DNA of 64,000 bases from a bacterium. Lineage in GTDB: Bacteria > Patescibacteriota > UBA1384 > VFKW01. The stretch spans positions 26,221 through 90,220 of the forward strand of contig JAUSIS010000006.1 of NCBI GenBank assembly GCA_030647355.1, written 5' to 3'. Both the position numbers and the translations under genes were made by a program. Shown in pieces: positions 19,213-27,383 of the stretch. The notes under the pieces were generated by a model. That model searched no databases. It saw only the letters and a program-made list of their open reading frames with translations, and had not been told where the DNA came from. Within the stretch, counting starts at the first letter, position 1; every line of letters begins with the position of its first letter.

Positions 19213-21306
19213 TTAATAAGTAGTGCTAAATAAATAATTGTCAGTTGCGATCCATATTTTCCTCAAAATTGGCTGAACAAAAATATCTTTGATTTGTTTG
19301 GTATTTATTTTGATTTGTTTTATGTATTCGCCTTTTTTGTCGGTAACTATGATTTTATTTTGCTCAACTAAAAAGAAGAAGTCATTTTGCGGAGTCGTGT
19401 ATAGTATTGATGGATGTTGGGGGACTAAAGTTGGGGAAGGGAATTTACTATAAGTTAATTCGGTCAAGTTTGTTTTTTGGATTCTATAAATTTTACCTGA
19501 TTTCGACAGGGTATAAATAGAACTGTCAATAGTGATATCGGTCATTTCGGATAGAATACTTGTATCTTTACTGGTTAAATATGGGACTGCTGAATTGTAC
19601 CTACCTTCTTGGTTGGAAGGTGTATATTTCCATATTTGACTGTTTTTAGGGCTTAGAAGGTATAAATTGTTACTAAAAGTTGCTATTGCGGTTGCTGATT
19701 TCCAGATTTCATTGGAATTGATTGTGTTCACTTGCGCCTTATTCGGTAGAGATTCAAACATTTTTTGCTCGGCAGTTAGTATTATATATGACTGGTTACT
19801 AGTCGGGCCAGCAACTGCCACAATGTTTCCGGAGTTAGAGGGAAGTTTGGATGTTGATTTAAACCTTGATTCGTTAGAAGCTTTTTTGAATATTGATCCT
19901 ATCTGGGTGAAGGCATAGGTATTGTTACCGAGGATTGATACTTTGAGCGTTTTGGGAGGAAGTTGAATTTTATTAGCTGGGAGATCTATCTCTGTACTTT
20001 TTGTAAGTAATTGATATTTTGATTTGGAGTTATTTAGTAGTTCTTTTTCTTGGCTGGTTAATTTACGATCGGATAATTGACTAATAATTTCTTCCAACAT
20101 GGAAATTGCTTCTTTGTCTGAGGCACTTTTGGTGAGGTTATATTTTGTTTGGAGATTTGTTAGGGTAGTATTTTTGGTTGTATTGGGATTTACTTGTGGT
20201 TTGGCAGTATGTTTAATTTCAAGAATGATACTGGTAACCAGGATAATGATTAGGCAGCCAATAATAATGGGGTATATTGGTAGTTTGGACAGATTAATTT
20301 TTGGAAATCGGTTGTAGTGGTGAACTTTGACGGGATGTGGAGCGGTGTTGTTTTCGTCCTTGAGATTTGGGATTTTGTTTACTAAGGGTAGGTGCTTCAG
20401 TTTTTTTATTGCCAATTGAGATAGAGATAATATCGCAGGGGATTTTGCAGATATTTCTTTTTTACTCCAAGCGAAGAATGACCTAATCGTTTTGGTGGTA
20501 GCGGTTAGAATAATTAATGATGTCGGAATAACTTTTTTTTTCAATAGGTTGCCGGCTTTTCTCGGTAAAGACTGGTTTGTTTCGTCAAGGTATATTGTAT
20601 CCGGTACGTTTGACAAGGGTTCGTTGGCAATATCTTCTTTTGTAGTTGTTTCTATGAGGATGAGGTTAGTGTCAACCGGATTTGGTTGGGATAATATACG
20701 GGCTAGATTAATTGAAGCATCTTCAAGGGAATTTATTTCAAGTAGTTGTTTTAGTTCTTGTTTGGTGGTGTGGGAGAAGATTTTCTGGTTAGCCAAAGCT
20801 ATCAAATCGTTTTTTTCTAAGGCGCCGCTGGTAATATTTGAAAATGTACAGAGTGGATGAATACCTTCTTCGCCGTTGGCGGTATCGGGGGTGATATTCG
20901 AGGTTTTACCTTCGCGGATAAGGAGGCTGATAGTTTTCCCCACACTTGCTATATGCATTTCGTCTTTATAAATGAGAGCAATTACGCCATTAAGATTGCC
21001 TATCCAATCTGTCTGCCCGTCTTGGGTGTAGTTGGCGAGTACTTCGTTGGTTTTTCGGAGGGCTTGTTCAAAATTTGCCGAAGCATTATCATCAGTCAAG
21101 CGGAAATATTCGCGAGCGGTGGTATTAATGATACTCTGGCCAATTTGGGCATTAGAGTATTGGTCGCTAGATATTTCAATCAAGGAGAATAAGCAACCAG
21201 CGTATCCCTCTTTTTCTTCGGACGAGGGATGGATTTGGCAGGTGAGAAATTGATCTTTGGGTGGTTTTCTGGTTGTTAGTCTCTGGGTTTTCAGCGCATA
21301 GACCAT
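19213..21306 (-). CDS. Hypothetical bitopic membrane protein. Cytoplasmic N-terminal domain weakly PP2C/SpoIIE-like; large extracytoplasmic C-terminal domain.
   Basis: N-terminal ~200 aa resemble a degenerate PP2C fold (GNLNGVIALIYKDEMHIASVGKTISLLIREG) but lack a clear DGxGG metal motif. Single TM (IYPIIIGCLIIILVTSIILEI). ~330-aa Ser/Thr/Asn-rich C-terminal domain. Confidence 0.4.
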   Translation of the reverse strand: MVYALKTQRLTTRKPPKDQFLTCQIHPSSEEKEGYAGCLFSLIEISSDQYSNAQIGQSIINTTAREYFRLTDDNASANFEQALRKTNEVLANYTQDGQTDWIGNLNGVIALIYKDEMHIASVGKTISLLIREGKTSNITPDTANGEEGIHPLCTFSNITSGALEKNDLIALANQKIFSHTTKQELKQLLEINSLEDASINLARILSQPNPVDTNLILIETTTKEDIANEPLSNVPDTIYLDETNQSLPRKAGNLLKKKVIPTSLIILTATTKTIRSFFAWSKKEISAKSPAILSLSQLAIKKLKHLPLVNKIPNLKDENNTAPHPVKVHHYNRFPKINLSKLPIYPIIIGCLIIILVTSIILEIKHTAKPQVNPNTTKNTTLTNLQTKYNLTKSASDKEAISMLEEIISQLSDRKLTSQEKELLNNSKSKYQLLTKSTEIDLPANKIQLPPKTLKVSILGNNTYAFTQIGSIFKKASNESRFKSTSKLPSNSGNIVAVAGPTSNQSYIILTAEQKMFESLPNKAQVNTINSNEIWKSATAIATFSNNLYLLSPKNSQIWKYTPSNQEGRYNSAVPYLTSKDTSILSEMTDITIDSSIYTLSKSGKIYRIQKTNLTELTYSKFPSPTLVPQHPSILYTTPQNDFFFLVEQNKIIVTDKKGEYIKQIKINTKQIKDIFVQPILRKIWIATDNYLFSTTY

Positions 21307-21396
21307 GAAATATCCCTCCAGTTATGTGAATATTATATCACATTGGGCGATATATGTGCGGTTTGGCGACGGATTAAAATTGCTACTTTCTTTTTG

Positions 21397-21470
21397 TCGG
21401 GGCAGGCAGACTTGAACTGCCGACCTCTGGACCCCCAGCCCAGCGCACTAGCCAACTGTGCTATGCCCCG
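21397..21470 (-). tRNA. tRNA-Pro (anticodon GGG)
   Basis: Manual cloverleaf on the minus strand: acceptor CGGGGCA/TGCCCCG, D stem GCAC/GTGC, anticodon stem CTGGG/TCCAG, loop CUGGGGG, T stem GGCAG/CTGCC, T loop TTCAAGT. 74 nt, no encoded CCA. Confidence 0.8.
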
Positions 21471-21482
21471 TTGAGTAAAAGT

Positions 21483-21540
21483 TGAGCGTACTAGCCTCCG
21501 CCTCCGCAGCTGGCGGATGTGCTATGCCCTGCAAGGTTTT
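21483..21540. repeat. Degenerate copy of repeat family F2 (CCGCC-N4-GGCGG hairpin module)
   Basis: CTCCGCCTCCGCAGCTGGCGGATGTGCTATGCCC resembles the inner hairpin and 3' part of F2 copy 61125-61240 and the 41-nt palindromic insert in topA/recR. Confidence 0.45.
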
Positions 21541-21731
21541 TATGGCTCTAATCGGGCTACAAATTGGCCCAGGTATGTGCTATTTGCTTTGAGCAAATAT
21601 GGTGGATGTTCTGTCTTCGACACCACAGTGCCGAAGAACAGCGAACTTCCATATGAATTGGTGTTGACCCAAAATGTAGCCGATTAATTAGAGCCGAATT
21701 GATTATATAATTTCTCGAGTGCTACGGCAAG

Positions 21732-22334
21732 CTAAACAATTAACTGAACAATAGTTGTTACAATTGAAAATATAACTCCGGGGGCAAACGAAACTAGGAT
21801 GATGAGCCCAATCAGAAAAAACATTGAGTTAGCCTCAATGATTTCATAGGTGCGAGGGGGGGCCACTGCTCGTAGGATTTGCGATCCATCGAGTGGTGGC
21901 AGTGGAATAAGATTGAAGATGGCTAGGTATATATTAATAGTGATCGCTAAAATGAGAATTTGATAAAATATGTTTGTTTCCGGAATGAAGATGCGAACGA
22001 TGATGCCAAAAAAAATAGCAAGTAGGATATTACTAATGGGGCCAGAGAGAGAGGAAAGTAGTAGATCTCGATTTGGATTTCTAAAATTACGATCGTTTAT
22101 CGGAACTGGTTTGCCCCAACCAAAAGCAGGAAGCTTGAGTAGGATTAAGATGACTAACATGGTGGTGCCTATAGGATCCCAGTGCGCTAAAGGATTTAAA
22201 CTAATACGCCCTTCTAATCGGGCGGTAGGATCTCCTAGCCGGTTAGCCATCCAGGCATGCGACAATTCGTGGACAGAAAAACTCAAAAGTATTATGGCAA
22301 TTAAGACAATTGTGAAGCTAATAGTATAAGGCAT
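21732..22334 (-). CDS. Site-2 protease family zinc metalloprotease (peptidase M50)
   Basis: HELSHA (HExxH) in a TM helix and the LPLPPLDG motif. Polytopic membrane protein. Confidence 0.8.
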   Translation of the reverse strand: MPYTISFTIVLIAIILLSFSVHELSHAWMANRLGDPTARLEGRISLNPLAHWDPIGTTMLVILILLKLPAFGWGKPVPINDRNFRNPNRDLLLSSLSGPISNILLAIFFGIIVRIFIPETNIFYQILILAITINIYLAIFNLIPLPPLDGSQILRAVAPPRTYEIIEANSMFFLIGLIILVSFAPGVIFSIVTTIVQLIV

Positions 22335-22423
22335 TGATATTTTCCCTTAGTTTTGGTATAATAATTTTGTTATCTTGATTAAATATAACAAATAGTAGTT
22401 GTAGTAACAATGGAGGATTTGAG

Positions 22424-22612
22424 ATGTTAGTTTGTCAAATTTGCAGTAAAATGCCGGTTAAGGCGGGGATTGGCAGGCACTTGCACTCCGGTAAATGGAG
22501 ACATAGAGGGCCGGAAACTAAAAGAACTGTGAAGCCGAATTTACAAAAATGGAATGGCTTAGTTTTGTGTACGCGGTGTATGCGTTCGATGAATAAAGAA
22601 AAAGTTAAGTAA
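22424..22612 (+). CDS. rpmB: 50S ribosomal protein L28
   Basis: 62 aa, basic. CQIC..K....G...H pattern and PNLQKW.. match bL28. Confidence 0.75.
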   Translation: MLVCQICSKMPVKAGIGRHLHSGKWRHRGPETKRTVKPNLQKWNGLVLCTRCMRSMNKEKVK

Positions 22613-22625
22613 GATAATTCTTAAA

Positions 22626-22656
22626 CAAAAAAACTCCTGAATAGGAGTTTTTTTGT
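22626..22656. terminator. Bidirectional intrinsic terminator between rpmB (+) and the zinc-ribbon gene (-)
   Basis: AAAAAACTCCTGAATAGGAGTTTTTTTG: hairpin flanked by an A-run and a T-run. Confidence 0.75.
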
Positions 22657-22668
22657 TTGCTACTTTAA

Positions 22669-22959
22669 TTATTCAGCAGCTTTGCGTTTTCCTCGTTCAG
22701 CTTCGAAACACTCGGCACAGAGAACGTTTTGAGGATCTCTAGGCTGGAAAGGAACCTGACCAGCTTTACCACAGTTTTTGCAAGTGATATCGTACATTCT
22801 ATCACTAGAACGTTTTTCTTCCTTGCGTTGTTTGCGGCATTCTGGGCAGCGGGTTGGGGAATTGGAAAAACCTTTTTCTTCGTAGAATTTCTGCTCGCCG
22901 GCAGTCCAGACAAAGTCTTTTCCACAGTCCTTACAAGTGAGGGTTTTATCTTCGAACAT
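22669..22959 (-). CDS. Tandem CxxC zinc-ribbon protein, function unknown
   Basis: Two repeats of C-x2-C-x17-C-x2-C (CKDCGKDF...RCPECRKQRK and CKNCGK...LCAECFEAER). Basic, 96 aa. Confidence 0.6.
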   Translation of the reverse strand: MFEDKTLTCKDCGKDFVWTAGEQKFYEEKGFSNSPTRCPECRKQRKEEKRSSDRMYDITCKNCGKAGQVPFQPRDPQNVLCAECFEAERGKRKAAE

Positions 22960-23318
22960 GCTTACCTCTTTACAACTTTCCTAGGGCGTCGACCCGTCCC
23001 CGGGAGGCATTACTTATCTCTGCCTCAGAGGGTTTGATGTTTAGTCTCATTTGTAAGAATTTTGGTGATTTTCCAATTTCCAGATTTTGGAGAGCTAAAC
23101 TTACTAACCGCTTAAAGTATAGCACAATATTAAATAATAGTCAATGAAGCCTCTCGGGCTGAAGCCCGGAGTTTTCTTGTTCTGTGACATAGAAAGTCTT
23201 TGTTATTACCCCTAAGCCCAGGATCTTGTTTGTCGAGGTTTAGGTTGGCAGATAGGCTTGGAAATAATTAAACCCTCGGCTTTTATGAAAATGGTTTTCA
23301 TAGTATTATGGCATTGCT

Positions 23319-23996
23319 ATGGATTACAAAACTTTTTTAGCTAAGCAGTTTGATACCAAGCGAATTTCCCATGCCTACATGATCGTTGGGAAGTATTTTG
23401 ATGTTGAAGCGCTTGGTGACTATGTCTCTGGTTTATTAGGATGTTCCAGGGAAGATACGTTAAGAATTGAAGGATCTAATGGTATTGCGATACACGAAAT
23501 TAAGGTATTGAAACGGGAGCTTGGCTTTGTACCATTTAATAGTGATAGAAAAGTTGCTATAATTACTCCAGCTGATAATTTGACAGTTGAGGCACAGAAT
23601 GCACTGCTGAAAATACTTGAGGAACCTGCGGAAAAATCAGTGGTTTTACTAGTAGTTGAGCATGAAGATAGGATATTGCCGACTGTTGCCTCCAGATGTC
23701 AGCGTATCAGGATTATACCTGATCCTCTACTAATAAATGAGAAGATTCCATCGAGCCTAATTGAGGGGACAATGGGAATTAGAGATAGGTTTGATGTTGC
23801 ACAGACTTTGGCGGTGGACGACAAGGTAGCCAGAGTCCTTGACGGTTGGCTTATTGAGTTGGGTAATTTATTGGTTAATGAACCAAATAATAAGCATTTA
23901 TTAGGCCTGATACCAGAGGTTAATAAGGTTCAAAATATACTGAGGACTAATGCCAATACACGATTAGTTCTGGAGAACTTACTGTTGAGGTTTTAG
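23319..23996 (+). CDS. holB: DNA polymerase III delta' subunit-like clamp-loader protein (short form)
   Basis: AAA+ box without an intact Walker A. Sensor motifs AQNALLKILEEP and SRCQ. Confidence 0.65.
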   Translation: MDYKTFLAKQFDTKRISHAYMIVGKYFDVEALGDYVSGLLGCSREDTLRIEGSNGIAIHEIKVLKRELGFVPFNSDRKVAIITPADNLTVEAQNALLKILEEPAEKSVVLLVVEHEDRILPTVASRCQRIRIIPDPLLINEKIPSSLIEGTMGIRDRFDVAQTLAVDDKVARVLDGWLIELGNLLVNEPNNKHLLGLIPEVNKVQNILRTNANTRLVLENLLLRF

Positions 23997-24004
23997 GAGA
24001 TAAG

Positions 24005-24676
24005 ATGGGGATCTTAGGGATATCAATAATACTTTCAATTGCGGTGATTATTTTTATCGTTGCCCGGCGCTTACCTGATACGCGTTATGTAGAACAGCAT
24101 CCAAGATATAACAAGCCGTTTAGTTCACCATTTATCAGTAAAATAAGTGATTTTTTTCGGGGTGTTCTAGGTAAGTTGCCTATAATTAGAAGTAGAAACT
24201 GGAGAGGGGCAGATACAAAACCAGAAAGCGGTGAGCTGGAGAAAGAACTGAAGAAGCCTGAGGATAGAGATTTTTGGATTGAAAGCGGTGGTGATCCGAG
24301 CAGTCGTCTGAAGCCCGGTCTGGTTGTAAAAGCATATTTCGAGGAGGCAGAGGCGGCTTTTCAAGCGAAAGATTATCGCAAAGCAGAAGCATTATTTATA
24401 GAGATTGCAAAAGATCACCCCGGAGATGTAAAGGTATTTAACAGACTAGGTGTGATATATTTAGAGCAGAAGAATTACGAGGATGCCATAGAAGCATTCT
24501 CTACAGCCTTGAGATTTGATAAAACAGTTGCCAGCAGGTTTTATAATTTGGCTTTAGCGCATATTGGGCAGGGCAACTGCGCCGATGCAAAAAAAAATCT
24601 GAAAGAGGCACTTTTATTAACACCCGGGAATGAAAAGTATAAGAAGGTACTTGAACAAATCGAAAAAAAATGCTAA
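24005..24676 (+). CDS. TPR-repeat protein with N-terminal TM anchor
   Basis: N-terminal hydrophobic helix. C-terminal TPR-like repeats (AEAAFQAKDYRKAEALFIEIAKDHPGDVKVFNRLGVIYLEQKNYEDAIEAF). Confidence 0.6.
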   Translation: MGILGISIILSIAVIIFIVARRLPDTRYVEQHPRYNKPFSSPFISKISDFFRGVLGKLPIIRSRNWRGADTKPESGELEKELKKPEDRDFWIESGGDPSSRLKPGLVVKAYFEEAEAAFQAKDYRKAEALFIEIAKDHPGDVKVFNRLGVIYLEQKNYEDAIEAFSTALRFDKTVASRFYNLALAHIGQGNCADAKKNLKEALLLTPGNEKYKKVLEQIEKKC

Positions 24677-24798
24677 AATATTTTGAGGGCATTTTTTTAT
24701 ATAATGGGAGTTGTAACTTATAAAGTAACTGCTGAAGCGGGGGAATGTTTGCCTTGTATCAACGCAGTTTAGAGGTTAGGGTTTCTCATTGAGACTAT

Positions 24799-24821
24799 GC
24801 CGCCTTAGCTCAGTGGTAGAG
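24799..24821 (+). pseudogene. 5' fragment (acceptor + D arm) of a second tRNA-Thr copy
   Basis: GCCGCCTTAGCTCAGTGGTAGAG is identical to nt 1-23 of the intact tRNA-Thr at 24875, followed by CCCTCACC. Confidence 0.7.
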
Positions 24822-24874
24822 TCCCTCACCTTTTAATCTTACAAGTCATAAGGTTAGAGTTCTTCACAGGATAA

Positions 24875-24946
24875 GCCGCCTTAGCTCAGTGGTAGAGCAA
24901 CACTTTTGTAAAGTGAAGGTCCCGAGTCCGAATCTCGGAGGCGGCT
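24875..24946 (+). tRNA. tRNA-Thr (anticodon UGU). T-loop is unusual (TCCGAAT, C at position 55).
   Basis: Manual cloverleaf: acceptor GCCGCCT/AGGCGGC, D stem GCTC/GAGC, anticodon loop UUUGUAA, T stem CCGAG/CTCGG. Confidence 0.7.
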
Positions 24947-24962
24947 CTGAAAGGTGAGGGAT

Positions 24963-25001
24963 AAAGTGAAGGTCCCGAGTTCGAACCCCGGAGGCGGCTC
25001 T
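24963..25001 (+). pseudogene. 3' fragment (anticodon 3' strand, variable and T arms, acceptor 3' strand) of a second tRNA-Thr copy, with canonical TTCGAAC T-loop
   Basis: AAAGTGAAGGTCCCGAGTTCGAACCCCGGAGGCGGCTCT, preceded by GGTGAGGG, the inverted partner of the CCCTCACC that follows the 5' fragment. Confidence 0.7.
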
Positions 25002-25169
25002 GGTGAGGGGTAAATAGTAGATCGTAGGTTCAAATATTTCCATTGTCTTTGCTGATGAGATTATAGGGTTCAAGTCGCTTCTTTCGGCTTAAAATCGTAA
25101 ATTGAAGCCAACAGCGAACCAATTAACTGAGTATTGTTGTATGTTCGCTATTGGCAGTAGCTTAAGATA

Positions 25170-25253
25170 GCCGGGGTGGCGGAGCGGTCAATCGCACCTG
25201 ACTGTAAATCAGGCGGCCTAGTGTCTACGGGAGTTCGAATCTCTCCCCCGGCA
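25170..25253 (+). tRNA. tRNA-Tyr (anticodon GUA), long variable arm
   Basis: Acceptor GCCGGGG/CCCCGGC, D stem GGCG/TCGC, anticodon stem CCTGA/TCAGG, loop CUGUAAA, long variable arm, T loop TTCGAAT, discriminator A. Confidence 0.8.
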
Positions 25254-25295
25254 CCGGAAGTGAGTTGCAGCTTATACTCTAACTCATTGATTTTT

Positions 25296-25368
25296 GCCGA
25301 TGTAGCTCAGTTGGTAGAGCAACTCCATGGTAAGGAGTAGGTCACCGGTTCAAATCCGGTCATCGGCT
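25296..25368 (+). tRNA. tRNA-Thr (anticodon GGU)
   Basis: Acceptor GCCGATG/CATCGGC, D stem GCTC/GAGC, anticodon stem ACTCC/GGAGT, loop AUGGUAA, T stem ACCGG/CCGGT, T loop TTCAAAT. Confidence 0.8.
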
Positions 25369-25436
25369 CAAAGTTATTGACATAACTTTACTAAAACACC
25401 AGAGTTAATGATGATTGAGGAGAATAATGGCTAAAA

Positions 25437-25591
25437 AAGAAAAAAGACAATTAATTACCTTGGCCTGTAGTAAGTGTCACGCAAGAAATTATCACACAGA
25501 AAAGAGCGTCTTGAATACCGTAGAGAGATTAGAAGTGAGTAAGTATTGCAGTAAGTGCCGTAGTCATGCGATGCATAAAGAGGCTAAGTAG
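25437..25591 (+). CDS. rpmG: 50S ribosomal protein L33
   Basis: 51-aa ORF missing from the supplied track (MAKKEKRQLITLACSKCHARNYHTEKS...HAMHKEAK). C4 zinc-ribbon form of bL33. RBS GAGGAGAATA. Classical position immediately upstream of tRNA-Trp. Confidence 0.75.
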
Positions 25592-25598
25592 GAGCAAT

Positions 25599-25673
25599 GG
25601 GGGCATAGTACAACGGTTAGTATGGCGGTCTCCAAAACCGCAGATTGAGGTTCGATTCCTCATGCCCCTGCCA
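25599..25673 (+). tRNA. tRNA-Trp (anticodon CCA), 3' CCA encoded
   Basis: Acceptor GGGGGCA/TGCCCCT (G1-U72), anticodon stem GCGGT/ACCGC, loop CUCCAAA, T stem TGAGG/CCTCA, T loop TTCGATT, then G + CCA. Confidence 0.75.
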
Positions 25674-25880
25674 AGAAAAGGTGAGGGACGATTCCTACAG
25701 CTCCTGCCAACAATGTGAGGGATGACTTCTTCCGCTCTTGTGAAATTAAGGGAAATTTTTCTATTATTTCTCTGGTCAGGAATTATATATAATAATCCCG
25801 ACAGCGCTAGTTAAGTTGTTATTTGACAAAGAAATTGTGCTTGATATAATTTATTTGTATTTGAACTATTAGGAGGGGTT

Positions 25881-26522
25881 ATGTTAAATGGCGAAACAGT
25901 TGCGCCTGTATCTGCTGGTAGTGCGAGTGCAGAGAACGGTGTAAAAGAAGTGTCCTCAAATCAAGAAGAAGCGAAGCAAGAAGATAAATCACCCGAAATT
26001 CAGTCAGTTAAAGTTACATCTGTTGGTTCTTTAGGCGCACTTGTATTGATTGCTACAGTGATCGCTCTTTTAGGAACGGGCGCATTATTTTTATATAAAA
26101 CTTCCAGAGCCAGTAAGTTGGTTCAAGAAGAGAAAAATTATAAGACGATTTCTGACCAGCTTAACTCGGCGGACTTAAAAAAACTTGCCGCTAATCTTCA
26201 AGAAGTTCAGCAAGGTCAAGAAAGTTTGACGACCGCTTTAAATCAGAAAGTATATTGGTCAAAGTTTTGGACTGTTTTGAGTAGCGTTACTCCAACAGCT
26301 GTTTATTATAATTCTCTTTCTATGGATTCAAATGGAGTAGTATCTTTAACGGGTTCGGCAAGTGATCTGTCAAGTATAGCTAAATTTATGGTTAGCCTGA
26401 AGAAATCTCCGGTTTTCAAAGATATTAAATTGGGGAATACATCAGTGAGAGAGAGTGGTGGGACGGTCAGCACGTTATTTTCGGCAACTTTTACTGTTAA
26501 TGCGGAAGAATTAAAAAAATAA
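25881..26522 (+). CDS. pilN: Type IV pilus assembly protein PilN-like (bitopic)
   Basis: Cytoplasmic N-terminus, single TM (LGALVLIATVIALLGTGALFLY), coiled coil, periplasmic domain. RBS AGGAGGGG. First gene of the pil locus. Confidence 0.55.
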   Translation: MLNGETVAPVSAGSASAENGVKEVSSNQEEAKQEDKSPEIQSVKVTSVGSLGALVLIATVIALLGTGALFLYKTSRASKLVQEEKNYKTISDQLNSADLKKLAANLQEVQQGQESLTTALNQKVYWSKFWTVLSSVTPTAVYYNSLSMDSNGVVSLTGSASDLSSIAKFMVSLKKSPVFKDIKLGNTSVRESGGTVSTLFSATFTVNAEELKK

Positions 26523-26547
26523 CTAATAGATTATTGGAGGAGGGGTT

Positions 26548-27081
26548 ATGGGTAATAAATTTGTGCCTTTAGGTATAATAATTATCGCTATTTTGGCTTT
26601 GGTTACTATAAAACCTTATGCTTTTGAGGTTAGGGCGACTAATGCAAAAATACAGGCTTTTCGCGAGCAGACTAAACGCACTCAGGATAAGATTAATAAG
26701 TTAAATGATCTGAAACCGACACTTGAAGAGTATAAGACTAAGATTGACGATCTGCGTCTAGCTATGCCGGCATCCCAGCAGATACCGGAAGTGCTTGTGA
26801 TGGTGGAAGCTATCGCAAGGGATACGGGATTAACTATCTCCGGTTTAGATATCCAGCCTGGCTCAGATGAGGGGGAAGTAGGTGTCAATATGTCGGCGGT
26901 CGGGTCATATGATAATTTGTCTTACTTCACTGCTAAATTGGAAAAGAATCTTCGTCCAATCCGGATTAAAAGTATGAGTTTGAGTTCATCGGCGGGGGAT
27001 TCACAGCTATCGGTTGCGGTTAGTTATGGAATACAATATCAGGGAATTAATGATCAGCAAGTAGCTGAACAGATTGATTAA
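26548..27081 (+). CDS. pilO: Type IV pilus assembly protein PilO-like
   Basis: N-terminal TM, coiled coil, PilO-like periplasmic domain (PEVLVMVEAIARDTGLTISGLDIQ). Confidence 0.55.
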   Translation: MGNKFVPLGIIIIAILALVTIKPYAFEVRATNAKIQAFREQTKRTQDKINKLNDLKPTLEEYKTKIDDLRLAMPASQQIPEVLVMVEAIARDTGLTISGLDIQPGSDEGEVGVNMSAVGSYDNLSYFTAKLEKNLRPIRIKSMSLSSSAGDSQLSVAVSYGIQYQGINDQQVAEQID

Positions 27082-27090
27082 AGGAGGATT

Positions 27091-27357
27091 ATGAATAAAA
27101 GTATTGAAATAACGTTTGGTTTCTTAGTTATAATTTTGGTGGTTGTTGGTTTTATAGTGGCGGGTGTTGCAACTTTTCCCAATAAAGATGAGATAGCTAA
27201 TGCCCGAACTGTGACCGATGAGCAAATCACAATGCCTCAGGATATTTCCACAATGAAAGTTCTTGATAAGATAAAAGACTTAGAGCGCAATGGAACTCTT
27301 CCTGTGGATGTGACTGCTGGCGAATTAGGCAGGGCCAATCCCTTTGCGCCGGTTTAA
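27091..27357 (+). CDS. Small bitopic membrane protein within the pil locus (possible PilP-like)
   Basis: 88 aa with an N-terminal TM helix and RBS AAGGAGG. No recognisable catalytic motif. Confidence 0.35.
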   Translation: MNKSIEITFGFLVIILVVVGFIVAGVATFPNKDEIANARTVTDEQITMPQDISTMKVLDKIKDLERNGTLPVDVTAGELGRANPFAPV

Positions 27358-27383
27358 TCGGTAGTGTGATGGAAAAGTAATGT

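Noticed and set aside
24780-25760. Integrated mobile element at the tRNA-Thr/tRNA-Trp fragments
   Set aside because: Duplicated tRNA fragments and junction repeats are present but no integrase, recombinase or phage gene lies within or beside them. Reported as a recombination scar or split gene rather than a mobile_element feature.
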